DNA of 64,000 nt from an uncultured Acidobacteriota bacterium (GCA_937870635.1 CALMZP010000083.1:5100-69099), one strand, 5' to 3'. Positions 54,888 through 64,000 are shown, counted from the stretch's first letter. The notes: generated by a model not told the origin, from the letters alone. Made by a program: numbers and translations.

Positions 54888-56504
54888 ATGTCCCGTCGGC
54901 TCGTAGCCATAGCTCTCTTCGCAGCAATTCTTCCCCTCACCGCGGCAGCTCAGACCGCGTACATATCGGGCGTGGTTCGCAACACTGCTGGTGCTGCGCT
55001 CGGAGATGTGACTGTGCAGGCTTACAGTCCTGCGGGCTTCGCGGTCAACACTGCGACAACAACGCCGCAAGGCGACTACACGCTGGTGGTCCCGAGCGGG
55101 TCTTATCGCGTGCTCGCCTACGATAACAGCGGTACGTGGGCCGTCAGCTATTACGGCAACGCTCTGTCTTACGAAGCATCTGAGGCGATCAACGTCACCG
55201 ATGGTCAGCGAATCACGGTGAATTTCGTTCTGAGTCCCGGTCGGAGCATCTCCGGGTTCGTCGGGAACGCCGCAACGGGTGCTCCTCTGGCCGGCGCGGT
55301 CGTCGCCGCCTATAACCTCGATGGATCGCGTCGCACGTTCGTCCGTACGAACAACGACGGGTCCTTCAACCTCACGGTTCCCGCTGGTTCGTACAAGATC
55401 GCCGCATACCACGAGGTCGCGCCCTACATTCCGACGTTCTTCCGGAATGAGCGTCTTTTCGGTCTCGCGGACACGGTGACGCCGCCCGCCAACAACATCA
55501 ATTTCGGCCTCGGGCCGGGCACGAAGCTCCTCGGATCGGTGAAGGAAAAAGTCACGGGGCTTGCACTTCCGTCCATGCAGGTGGTTGCCTACGACCTTCA
55601 AGGGAACGTGCAGTTCCGCACGGAGACGAATCCGGCGGGGAACTTCGCGTTCGTCCTTCCTCCGGGATCATTCAAATTTGCGGTCGAGGATCGCGGTGGT
55701 AACTATCAGACGACGTTCTTCCGCGACTCGACGTCGTTCGCATCCGCGGCCAGCGTCGTCGCCGATGCGTCGGCTCCGCTGCTGAATTTCACGGTTGCGC
55801 GCGTGCCGGATGCGACCCCGCTCACGACGTTGTTCATCCCCGGGATCATCCACGCAGAGAACAGCGCCGCGGGAACCTTCTTCAAGACCGACGTCTGGAT
55901 CCAGAACCCCGGCGACGCACCGCTGACGGTCACGGCCGTTTACCTTCCAGGCGGTCAGGACAATTCCGCCGCGACCGGCCTGCCGGTCATCGTTCCAGCC
56001 CGTGGTCAGCTGGCTCTCACCGATATCGTGCCGAGCTTGTTCGGCACGACCGGCGCGGGTGCCCTCCGTCTAGAAGCCGAAAGAGCGTTCCGCGCGACGA
56101 GCCGCACTTACAACGTCCCCTCGAACTCGGCACAGATCGGTACCTTCGGCCTCTCGATTCCGGGGCAGTCGCTCGGTGCATCGCTCGGCCGGGCAACGCT
56201 GGCCGGTCTCGCGTACAACTCCGCCAGCCGGACCAATATCGGACTCATGAACCCTCAGCCGATATCGCTTGACATCAAAGTGGAGGTTTTCTCGTCCACT
56301 GGCGCGCTCCTCGGATCGCGGACCTTCACGCTGAAGCCCGGTCAGTGGGATCAGCCCAACGTCACCGCCGTGGTTGGTGAAGGCGCGAACTTCAATCAGG
56401 CCTACGCGGTCATCAGCTCATCGCAGGGATCGTTCTTCTCGTACGCCGCCGTGGTCGACTCGAAGAGCGGCGACGGAACGTTCATCCTGCCGAGCGGAGA
56501 CTGA
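54888..56504 (+). CDS. Secreted protein with three carboxypeptidase-regulatory-like repeats and a conserved C-terminal domain
   Basis: Signal peptide; ISGVV/ISGFV/LLGSV repeats with G.Y/F.V.A; C-terminus similar to 34385..35254; alternative GTG start 54870. Confidence 0.78.
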   Translation: MSRRLVAIALFAAILPLTAAAQTAYISGVVRNTAGAALGDVTVQAYSPAGFAVNTATTTPQGDYTLVVPSGSYRVLAYDNSGTWAVSYYGNALSYEASEAINVTDGQRITVNFVLSPGRSISGFVGNAATGAPLAGAVVAAYNLDGSRRTFVRTNNDGSFNLTVPAGSYKIAAYHEVAPYIPTFFRNERLFGLADTVTPPANNINFGLGPGTKLLGSVKEKVTGLALPSMQVVAYDLQGNVQFRTETNPAGNFAFVLPPGSFKFAVEDRGGNYQTTFFRDSTSFASAASVVADASAPLLNFTVARVPDATPLTTLFIPGIIHAENSAAGTFFKTDVWIQNPGDAPLTVTAVYLPGGQDNSAATGLPVIVPARGQLALTDIVPSLFGTTGAGALRLEAERAFRATSRTYNVPSNSAQIGTFGLSIPGQSLGASLGRATLAGLAYNSASRTNIGLMNPQPISLDIKVEVFSSTGALLGSRTFTLKPGQWDQPNVTAVVGEGANFNQAYAVISSSQGSFFSYAAVVDSKSGDGTFILPSGD

Positions 56505-56508
56505 CTTT

Positions 56509-56780
56509 TGAAGGATGAAGGATGAAGGATGAAGGATGAAGGATGAAGGATGAAGTGGAAACGACGAGCCACGTCATCCTGAGCCGCGCAGACGGCGAAG
56601 GACCTCAGAGTACGTAACTTGAGGTCCTTCGCTGTCTGCGCAGCCCAGGATGACGTGGTGAACTTCCTTCATCCTTCGTCCTTCATCCTTCATCCTTCAT
56701 CCTTCATCCTTCATCCTTCATCCTTCATCCTTCATCCTTCATCCTTCATCCTTCGTCCTTCATCCTTCATCCTTCATCCT
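56509..56780. repeat. Composite element: (TGAAGGA)6+, CGTC-REP palindrome, (TCCTTCA)~16
   Basis: Left arm 56509-56555, core ccacgtcatcctgag...ccaggatgacgtgg 56569-56658, right arm 56665-56780. Confidence 0.95.
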
Positions 56781-59293
56781 TTCTTGTGCACCTTGTTCTG
56801 CGCTACGAACGCTGCCAGCGCTTCGGCTTTCAGGGGGCGGCTGACGTAGTAGCCCTGCATTTCCGAGCAGCCGCGCGACGCCAGGAACTCCCACTGCTCG
56901 GCGGTCTCGATGCCTTCGGCCACGGTGCGCAGTTTCAGGCTCGCTGCCAGATGGAGGACCGCTTCGACAATCGGCGGATCGATGACGGCTTTCGTTGCGC
57001 CGGACACGAATGAACGGTCTATCTTGACCGTGCTGATCGGAAACCTCTTCAGGTACGTCAACGAGGACTGGCCGGTCCCGAAGTCGTCGAGGGCAATCCC
57101 GATCCCGCGGTCCCGCAGGCGCTGCAGCGTGGCGATCGTCCATTCCGATTTCTGCATCGCCATCGTCTCGGTGATCTCCAGTTCGAGTGATTCCGGAGGA
57201 AGACCGGTCTCTTCGAGCGCGCGGTCGATCATGCCGAGGAAGTCGCGCTGGTGGAACTGGCGGGCGGAGACGTTGACGCCTACACGCAGCGGGATCATCC
57301 CCATCTGATGCCACTCCCGGGTCTGTCGCGCCGCTTCGCGCAGAACCCATTCGCCGATCGGAACGATGAGTCCGGTGTATTCAGCGAGGGAGATGAAACC
57401 GGAGGGCTCGATCAGGCCGGCATCGGGATGATTCCAGCGCACGAGAGCTTCCACGGCCACGACCTGGCGCGTTTTCGAGTCGACCTGCGGCTGGTAGTAG
57501 ACGACGAACTCTTCGCGCTCGATGGCGTGCTTGAGGCTTTCTTCCATCGACATGCGGCCGAGCGCCTTGCGCGTGATCGCGCCGCTGCTGAAGAACTGGT
57601 ACGACGCGCCGCCACGCTCCTTGACGCGGTACATCGTTCCGTCGGCGTTCTCGAGCAGGGTTTCCGGATCTTCGCCGTCGGCGGGATACATGGCCACGCC
57701 GATACTCGTCGTGACGCGCACTTCATCCTCACCGATGACGAACGGCTGCTGAATCTGCTCGATCACCTTCGCCGCAACAGCCTCGGCATCCTCGGGCGTG
57801 TTGATGTCCGGAATGAGGATCGTGAATTCGTCGCCGCCGATGCGACCCAGTGTGTCTTCCTGACGCAGGCAGCCTCCGAGGCGCTCGGCAACCATCTGCA
57901 GGAGCTGGTCGCCGGCGGCATGTCCCAGGGTGTCGTTGACGACCTTCAGATCATCGAGATCGAGGAACATGACGGCCAGCGTCTGCTGCCGCCGCCGCGC
58001 GTGCGCGACCGCCACGGTCAGGCGGTCGAGGAACAGCATCCGGTTCGGCAGTCCGGTCAGGGCATCGTGATACGCCTGATACTCGACTTCCTGCTCCGTG
58101 CGCTTTCGATCGGTGATGTCGAGGACGATCCCTTCGATGACAGGGTTCTCGTCGTGTTCCGTGGTCGAAGCGGTGAGGGTTTCCAGCACCCAGATCACGT
58201 CGCCGTCGCGGCGGAGCAATCGCGCTTCGTGGTTGACCGCGGCGCCCTTCTCGAGGAGCTGATCCATGACCTGCTGCCGTTCGGCAGGGTCGAAGTACTG
58301 GATCGACCCGTTGTCGTCCATCAGCTCATCCGCCGATTCGTAGCCGAGCATCCGCGCGGCTGAGTCATTGCAGCTGATGATCCGTCCGTCGACGCTGGAG
58401 ATGTAGACCCCGGAGAGGTTGCGCTCGAAGAGCATCCGGTAGCGCCGCTCGGCGCGCCGCCGCTCCGTCATCTCCTCGCGGAGCTCACGCGTGCGCACTT
58501 CCACCCGTTCTTCGAGCGTCTTGTTCCATGAGGCCAGCTCGTCCTGGGCCTGTTCGAGCCGGCCGATCATCGTGTTGAATGCGCGCGCGAGCTGAGAGAC
58601 TTCGTCGCGGCCGGACACGTGGGCGCGCTCGCTGAGGTTCCCGCCGGCGATGCGCTTGGCGGTCTCGGCGATATGCCGCAACGGCCTGATGATCGCGCCG
58701 CTGATGGCGATGGCGAACAGCATCCCGATCGCGAAGATCCCGATTGCGACCGTCGTCACCGTGCGGCGGTTGGCGGCGACCTCCTGCTGCAGGCGATCCG
58801 TGGTGAGGCCGAGGTACATGACGCCGATGTTTCCGCCCTCGATGCGGAGCGGCACGCGCATCTGGTAGATCCGGCCATCCTGCGTCAGGCCGCCGCGAGG
58901 CCGTTCGCCAATGGCTTGATATCGCCGGCCCACGACCTCGCGGGGGATCATCGTGATCTGCCTGTAGTTCACCGCATCGGCGAGCTGGACGTTGTAGACG
59001 GCGAATGGTTGATCGCCGGTGCGCTCGAACACGACGATGTATGCGACATCGGGATTTTCCCGAAGGGCATTCAAAGCGCGATAGACGCCGCTGGAATCGC
59101 CCGTGGCCAGCGTGGGTGCGATGTTCAGCGCGGCCATCTGGGAGACCGCCCAGGCTTCGTCCGTCGTGATTCGCGCGGCCTGCTCGCGCAGGCGTGCCGG
59201 AAAGTAGATATAGATGAAGACCGAGATGAGGCCGATGAGTAGAGTGGTCGCCAGCGCGACCTTCGTCTGGATCGAGGAGCCGGGGATTCTCAT
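56774..59293 (-). CDS. Membrane HAMP-PAS-GGDEF-EAL c-di-GMP protein
   Basis: HDALTGLPNR, GGDEF, YYQPQ, EALVRW, DDFGTG, VAEGIET. Confidence 0.95.
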   Translation of the reverse strand: MRIPGSSIQTKVALATTLLIGLISVFIYIYFPARLREQAARITTDEAWAVSQMAALNIAPTLATGDSSGVYRALNALRENPDVAYIVVFERTGDQPFAVYNVQLADAVNYRQITMIPREVVGRRYQAIGERPRGGLTQDGRIYQMRVPLRIEGGNIGVMYLGLTTDRLQQEVAANRRTVTTVAIGIFAIGMLFAIAISGAIIRPLRHIAETAKRIAGGNLSERAHVSGRDEVSQLARAFNTMIGRLEQAQDELASWNKTLEERVEVRTRELREEMTERRRAERRYRMLFERNLSGVYISSVDGRIISCNDSAARMLGYESADELMDDNGSIQYFDPAERQQVMDQLLEKGAAVNHEARLLRRDGDVIWVLETLTASTTEHDENPVIEGIVLDITDRKRTEQEVEYQAYHDALTGLPNRMLFLDRLTVAVAHARRRQQTLAVMFLDLDDLKVVNDTLGHAAGDQLLQMVAERLGGCLRQEDTLGRIGGDEFTILIPDINTPEDAEAVAAKVIEQIQQPFVIGEDEVRVTTSIGVAMYPADGEDPETLLENADGTMYRVKERGGASYQFFSSGAITRKALGRMSMEESLKHAIEREEFVVYYQPQVDSKTRQVVAVEALVRWNHPDAGLIEPSGFISLAEYTGLIVPIGEWVLREAARQTREWHQMGMIPLRVGVNVSARQFHQRDFLGMIDRALEETGLPPESLELEITETMAMQKSEWTIATLQRLRDRGIGIALDDFGTGQSSLTYLKRFPISTVKIDRSFVSGATKAVIDPPIVEAVLHLAASLKLRTVAEGIETAEQWEFLASRGCSEMQGYYVSRPLKAEALAAFVAQNKVHKKG

Positions 59294-59328
59294 TGGTGAG
59301 AGGCCGATTCTACGCCCGGACGGAAGTG

Positions 59329-60984
59329 TCAGTCTTTCCGGAAGTGAGCGCCGCGCGACGTTGGGTTTCGGATGGCGGCGGAAGCAACGATCGCGGCCAT
59401 GCGCTGCCCGTGAAACAGCTCAACGATCGATTTGCTGATCGAGGCCTCGTGGTAGAACTTTTCGAGGCGATAGCCGAGCTGGCTCATGTCCGCCGCGGCC
59501 CGTTTGAGGCGCTCATAGGTTCGGACGATGCCAACGTAGTTCCACATCGTGTTCTGGATTGCAGTCCAGTCCTGGAGGATCAGGGCCGGGTCCTCGAGAT
59601 TGGCCGAGCCGGAGGGCTGCCAGTCGGGAATGGTTGCCACCGTCGACGGGGCGACGGCCCCGATTCCGGCAGGACGCGACGAGAGTGCGCGCCGTATGCC
59701 TGGCTCGGCCACGGGCGCCGCGCTCTGCAGCTTCTCGCGAATCGAATGAGCGGCGTAGTACCCCCAGGTCAGGCCCTCGAGAAGGGACGTCGAAGCGAGG
59801 CGATTCGCGCCGTGCAGCCCGGAGCACGAGGTTTCCCCGACAGAGAAGAGCCGGCTCAGGGTCGTTTCGCCCGCCGTGTTCACCAGCACGCCGCCGCAGA
59901 AGTAGTGCGCCGCGGGGACGACGGGAATGGGATCGCGCTCGATGTCGACGCCGATCTCCGCACAGGCCTTGCGGATGTTCGGGAAGCGATCAGCGATCGG
60001 CTCGTGTCCGTTGTAGAAATTCGCCAGGTCGAGATAGACGAACTCATCCTTGTTCGTCGTCATCTCCTCGACGATCGCGCGCGCGACCACGTCGCGAGGT
60101 GCGAGGTCCTTCAGCTCCGGCGCGTACTTCTCCATGAAGTACTCGCCCTTCTGGTTCCTGAGGCGCGCGCCTTCGCCACGCAGCGCTTCCGAGATCAGAA
60201 AGTGATTCGCCTTTTTGTCGGCAAGTGCGGTCGGGTGAAACTGCACGTACTCGGCGTTCATGATCCGCGCGCCCGCGCGATGCGCCATGACGATGCCGTC
60301 GCCGATGGCGTGACGCGTGTTCGTGCTGTGCAGGTAGATCTGGCCGATTCCGCCGGTGGCGAGGACCGTATAGTCGGCGAAGATCGTGTAGACCTCTTTG
60401 GTCTGGTTGTCGAGGATGTATGCACCGACACACTCGTTGGCCAGCCGGTAGCGGATCTGAATGTCACCCGGATGATGGTGCGTCGTCAGAAGGTCGATCG
60501 CCGTCACTTCCGTTGCCAGCGTGACGTTGGGCTCCTCCTTCACGCGATTGAGCAGCGAGACTTCGATCGCGCGGCCCGTGGCGTCGCCGGCGTGGATGAT
60601 CCTCGGCAGCGAGTGCGCGCCCTCCTGCGTCAGGTCGAGCTCTCCCTCTTCCGTCGTCGAGAAGGGGACGTCGATCTCATCGAGGAGCAGCTCCTTGACC
60701 ACCCGCGGCCCTTCCGAAGCGAGAAACCGGACGGCTTCTTCGTTCGAGATTCCGGCGCCGGCGCGCAGGATGTCCGCGATGAGCGAGTCGGGGCTGTCGC
60801 CTTCCCCCTCATAGATGATTCCGCCCTGCGCCCAGAAGGTGTTGCAATCGCGCGGGTCGGCCGCTTTCGTGACCAGGAGTACGCGAACGCCGGCGCTCGC
60901 GAGGACAAATGCCGTGGTCAGTCCAGCGATGCCGGTTCCGATCACGAGGACCGGGAAGTGCTCGCGGTTCTTGAGTCTGGTCAC
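59329..60984 (-). CDS. nadB: L-aspartate oxidase
   Basis: IGTGIAGL, WAQGGI, EGAHS..RIIH, QFHPT, SEALRGEG, LAPRDVVAR, HGANRLASTSL; GTG start at 60984. Confidence 0.93.
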   Translation of the reverse strand: MTRLKNREHFPVLVIGTGIAGLTTAFVLASAGVRVLLVTKAADPRDCNTFWAQGGIIYEGEGDSPDSLIADILRAGAGISNEEAVRFLASEGPRVVKELLLDEIDVPFSTTEEGELDLTQEGAHSLPRIIHAGDATGRAIEVSLLNRVKEEPNVTLATEVTAIDLLTTHHHPGDIQIRYRLANECVGAYILDNQTKEVYTIFADYTVLATGGIGQIYLHSTNTRHAIGDGIVMAHRAGARIMNAEYVQFHPTALADKKANHFLISEALRGEGARLRNQKGEYFMEKYAPELKDLAPRDVVARAIVEEMTTNKDEFVYLDLANFYNGHEPIADRFPNIRKACAEIGVDIERDPIPVVPAAHYFCGGVLVNTAGETTLSRLFSVGETSCSGLHGANRLASTSLLEGLTWGYYAAHSIREKLQSAAPVAEPGIRRALSSRPAGIGAVAPSTVATIPDWQPSGSANLEDPALILQDWTAIQNTMWNYVGIVRTYERLKRAAADMSQLGYRLEKFYHEASISKSIVELFHGQRMAAIVASAAIRNPTSRGAHFRKD

Positions 60985-61123
60985 CCGAGCGTATGGTAAT
61001 GGAGAAACTTTGGATCGGACCGGAATGACGTGGCGCGTCGGCTCGTGCGGCAAATTGCTGCCGCTCCACTGTCGTCCCGAGCGTAGGAACGGCGCGGGCG
61101 ACGTGCCTGAGACGGAGAAACGA

Positions 61124-61325
61124 GCCACGTCACCCTGAGGCGCGAACACGCCGAAGGGCCGCAGGATGCGTGACATGAGGTCCTTCGCCCGCGCTTCGCC
61201 GGCAGGATGACGTGAACAGCGAGCGCCGCGACCTTCAGGTTTCTTAGAAGCGTAGGCTGGGTGGCGCCAAACATCATGCCTCGTGCCGCCCATCCCCCAG
61301 GTCCCTCGCTCACGCTCGGATGACA
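61124..61325. repeat. Cluster of CGTC-family REP elements
   Basis: ccacgtcaccctgaggcgcgaacacgccgaagg...ccttcg...caggatgacgtg and ccccaggtccctcgctcacgctcggatgaca. Confidence 0.8.
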
Positions 61326-61340
61326 GGTTTCGAGACAGAA

Positions 61341-62462
61341 TCATTTCCCCAGGAACTTCCTCACCGCGGCGCCGCATAGCCTCGCATCTCCCCTGATATT
61401 GAACAGGGCCCCCGTTGAGTCGTAGTTGTGTCCCACGAAAAACAGCCCGGGCTGGTCGGCACTGCAGATCCGGTCTGTGCGGTGAGCAAAACCACGGTCG
61501 TCAGCCGTGACCATCGAGCCGAGAAATCCCAGAGCGGCGCGATAGCCCGTCGCCAGGATGATCTCGTCGAAACGTTCTTCCTTGCCATCGGCGAACAGCA
61601 CCCCGTCCCTGGTCACGCGCTCGATCCGTCCGCGCAGTCGCACCTGCCCCGCTCGAATGGCGTCGCTCAGGTGAAACCCGATCATCGGTATGGCGTCGAG
61701 GGGGCTGTGCGGCGCCCGCGGAATCACAGGCGGCCCCTTCAGGAGGTTCACGACTCGATTCATAGCGGCGGTGATCGCTTCCTGGCCCTTTCGGGGAAGC
61801 TTTCGCACCGCCCAGGAAACGTACTGGATGGGAACTCCGAAAAGTCGCAGCGGCACGACGTTCGCGCCGGAACGGATGGAGATCGCGGTGTCGACGCCGG
61901 CGCGTCCCAGCTCGCTGGCGATCTCGCCGGCCGAGTTCCCGGCGCCTACAACGAGGACGCCGCGCCCACGGCATTCCTCGGGAGTCCGGTACGTACAGCT
62001 GTGCCGGATCTTTCCTTGAAAATCTCCTTGTCCCGGGAGTTGCGGCGCGACCGGATTCGGCACGATTCCGGTCGCGATGACGACCGCGGCCGCTTGGAAC
62101 GTCCCTTCGCTCGAGTCGATCACCCAGCCGCCGTCCTCTCGCCGGACCGCCGTCACGTTCACGCCAGCGCGGACCGGGAGTCTGAAGTGGCCGGCATATC
62201 GGCGCAGGTACTCGACGAGCTCATTGCGGGGAAGGAAAAGCGGCGCGCTCCAGCCGAAGCCCATGCCGGGCAGGCCGGACATGTGCTTGCCCGTGTGGAG
62301 AACCAGCGAGTCGTAGGCGCGGGACCAGCTCTCGCCCGGCTGGCCGCGCTCGAGGACGATGTGACGGATCCCGAGCCGTGAGAGCTCACGGGATGTTGCC
62401 AGGCCCGCGGCGCCGGCACCGATCACGGCTGCGTCGAGCTCTCGGCCTTCAGTGTCCAGCAT
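61341..62462 (-). CDS. Flavin-containing monooxygenase-like (CzcO/ArsO-type) oxidoreductase
   Basis: IGAGAAG, VVIATG, FQGKIRHSCTY (FMO motif), VGAGNSA, ILATGY. Confidence 0.88.
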   Translation of the reverse strand: MLDTEGRELDAAVIGAGAAGLATSRELSRLGIRHIVLERGQPGESWSRAYDSLVLHTGKHMSGLPGMGFGWSAPLFLPRNELVEYLRRYAGHFRLPVRAGVNVTAVRREDGGWVIDSSEGTFQAAAVVIATGIVPNPVAPQLPGQGDFQGKIRHSCTYRTPEECRGRGVLVVGAGNSAGEIASELGRAGVDTAISIRSGANVVPLRLFGVPIQYVSWAVRKLPRKGQEAITAAMNRVVNLLKGPPVIPRAPHSPLDAIPMIGFHLSDAIRAGQVRLRGRIERVTRDGVLFADGKEERFDEIILATGYRAALGFLGSMVTADDRGFAHRTDRICSADQPGLFFVGHNYDSTGALFNIRGDARLCGAAVRKFLGK

Positions 62463-62493
62463 CAGCGGAGCGTGGGCGGACTCGCCCGCCGGA

Positions 62494-63246
62494 TTACACC
62501 GCGGGAGCAGCGAAGCCGGTGATCACGTACGTTCCCGACTTCACATCTTTCTTGATCTTGATGATGTTGTTGGTCTGCGCGTCCTCGAGGAGATCGCTGA
62601 AGGTGTTGTAGCCGTAGTACTCCTCGTTGAAGGTCGGCTTCTTCCGCTGCATCGTCTGCTTGACCATCGATCCCCAGAGGATTTCCTTGTTCTCGCGCAT
62701 CAGCGCCTTGATGGAATCGATCAGGAGCTTGAACACCTCGGCCTGCTTCTTGTCCTTGAAAGCGACCGCGGGCACCTTCGTGCTCCGGACGAGGTCCTCG
62801 TAGAAGATGAACTCGTCGCAGTTGTCGATGAGCAGGTCGCTCGACGAATTCTTCACGCCCACGCCGATGACGTACTTGTCGTTCTCCTTCAGCTTGGACA
62901 CCAGAGGGGAGAAGTCGGAGTCGCCCGAGGCAACGACGAAGACGTCGATGTGCTCCTTGGACCAGCACATGTCCATCGCGTCGACGGCCATGCGGATGTC
63001 GGCCGAGTTCTTTCCCGAGTAGGCTCTGCCGGGGATCTCGATCAGCTCGATGGCCGACTCGTGCAATTCCCGTTTGTAGTCGGGGAACTTGTCCCAGTCG
63101 CAGTAGGCGCGCTTGACGACGATCTTGCCCTTCTCGAGGAGGCGTTCCAGGAGAAGCTCGATTTCAAACTTCTTGTACTTTGCGTCTTTGACGCCGATGG
63201 CGATGTTCTCGAAGTCGATGAACAGCGCGATTTTGCTTTCACTCAT
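62494..63246 (-). CDS. NYN-domain (LabA/DUF88) protein with C-terminal OST-HTH
   Basis: FIDFEN, KNSADI, SGDSDF, CDEFIFY, FNEEYYGYNTFSDLL. Confidence 0.9.
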   Translation of the reverse strand: MSESKIALFIDFENIAIGVKDAKYKKFEIELLLERLLEKGKIVVKRAYCDWDKFPDYKRELHESAIELIEIPGRAYSGKNSADIRMAVDAMDMCWSKEHIDVFVVASGDSDFSPLVSKLKENDKYVIGVGVKNSSSDLLIDNCDEFIFYEDLVRSTKVPAVAFKDKKQAEVFKLLIDSIKALMRENKEILWGSMVKQTMQRKKPTFNEEYYGYNTFSDLLEDAQTNNIIKIKKDVKSGTYVITGFAAPAV

Positions 63247-63445
63247 AGTCCGGCTCGATGACGGCGCGGCGGGCATATCGTCTTCGGATTCGTTGTCGAA
63301 GCGGGGTTTGCGCGTCATGGCGTCGCGGCGCAGTCTAGCAAACCCGGCCGGGAGGCAGTTTTCGGTGACTACCGGGCTCGACCGTTCATAATCTGTCCGG
63401 TACCCCAGCCGGAGTTGGCTGTAGTGCTGCAACCGGACAGGGCCG

Positions 63446-64000
63446 ATGCCGTCGGACTTACCGCACCTTCACCTCGAACAACAGCTTCGGGACACCGAGG
63501 AACGCTACAGGCTTCCGTTCGAGAACGCGCACGTGGGGATGGCCATCGCCGACCCCGGCGGACGCTTCGTCCGCGTGAACGCGCGGTTCAGCGAGATCGT
63601 CGGCTGGTCGAAGGAGGAACTGCTCGCGAGGTCGGTCTCCGACATCAGTCGTCCTGCCGACGACGCCGTCGCTCTTGCGGCGCACGGCCGCCTCCGCGCC
63701 GGGCAATCGGACTTCGAGGCTTACGAGCGCCGCTACATCAGGAAAGATTCATCGACCGTCTGGGCGAACGTCACGCTGTCGGCCGTTCGTGATGCCGATC
63801 AGAAGCTCGCCTACGTAGTCGGCGTCATCGAGGACATCACCGATCTTCGCGCCTCGCAGCAGAAGCACAGTGAGCTGGCGCGGCTCGGTTCGATCGCGCT
63901 GAGTACAGCGAGCCTTGGCTCGTTGTTCACCAGCGCCGCCGAAGTCATCCGGGATACCTTCGATGCGGATGTCGCCAAGGTCGTCAAATGGACCGATGGC
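63446..64000 (+). CDS. PAS-domain sensor protein, 3' end outside window
   Basis: Read manually: EERYRLPFENAHVGMAIAD..GRFVRVNARFSEIVGWSKEEL...ERRYIRKD...GVIEDIT. Confidence 0.8.
   Translation, partial: MPSDLPHLHLEQQLRDTEERYRLPFENAHVGMAIADPGGRFVRVNARFSEIVGWSKEELLARSVSDISRPADDAVALAAHGRLRAGQSDFEAYERRYIRKDSSTVWANVTLSAVRDADQKLAYVVGVIEDITDLRASQQKHSELARLGSIALSTASLGSLFTSAAEVIRDTFDADVAKVVKWTDG

Noticed and set aside
60985..61125. Possible NAD+ riboswitch upstream of nadB
   Set aside because: I could not find the conserved core of the acidobacterial nadA motif; the region looks like degenerate REP sequence. An Rfam scan would settle it.
60985..61377. N-terminal extensions of nadB, MCP, pilS, GT4 and the methyltransferase in the ORF track
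   Set aside because: They translate repeat DNA (e.g. FWILDFG, SLASLGM) upstream of the plausible starts.
62494..63246. NYN-domain protein as a defence nuclease
   Set aside because: LabA/DUF88 with OST-HTH is a widespread standalone family and has no defence-type neighbours here.

Overview
High-GC bacterial chromosomal window. Its gene content suggests Acidobacteriota, probably Thermoanaerobaculia-like (inference from the Oar-type TonB receptor, sulfatase-TPR proteins and pilB-pilT-pilC-pilS order). Most genes are housekeeping, envelope or signalling: nrdR, lon, bioY, rpiA, ggt, coaX, birA, valS, tsaD, lexA, heptose genes, pilBTC-pilS, ruvB, nadB, GGDEF/EAL proteins and an MCP-CheW pair. I recognised no rRNA, tRNA or CRISPR array. 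Main points of interest: (1) a 4.7-kb module of ECF sigma factor, membrane zinc-finger anti-sigma with TPR, and a probably exported TPR-CHAT (caspase-like) protease, with a divergent secreted gene. The two divergent genes carry near-identical, identically spaced promoter motifs, and the module lies between inverted heptamer-repeat arms. (2) A dense family of intergenic elements with 7-bp tandem-repeat arms, often nested with CGTC-type REP palindromes and often supplying start or stop codons; one REP insertion duplicated 37 bp of the pilC RBS/start. (3) A candidate new LexA operator with an 11-bp period. (4) A TPR/beta-barrel, GT2, GH26 and surface-protein operon resembling a synthase-dependent exopolysaccharide system. 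(5) A candidate structured sRNA after tsaD. (6) Two stacked IS1-like transposase relics beside lexA. All calls come from reading motifs by eye; no searches were run.
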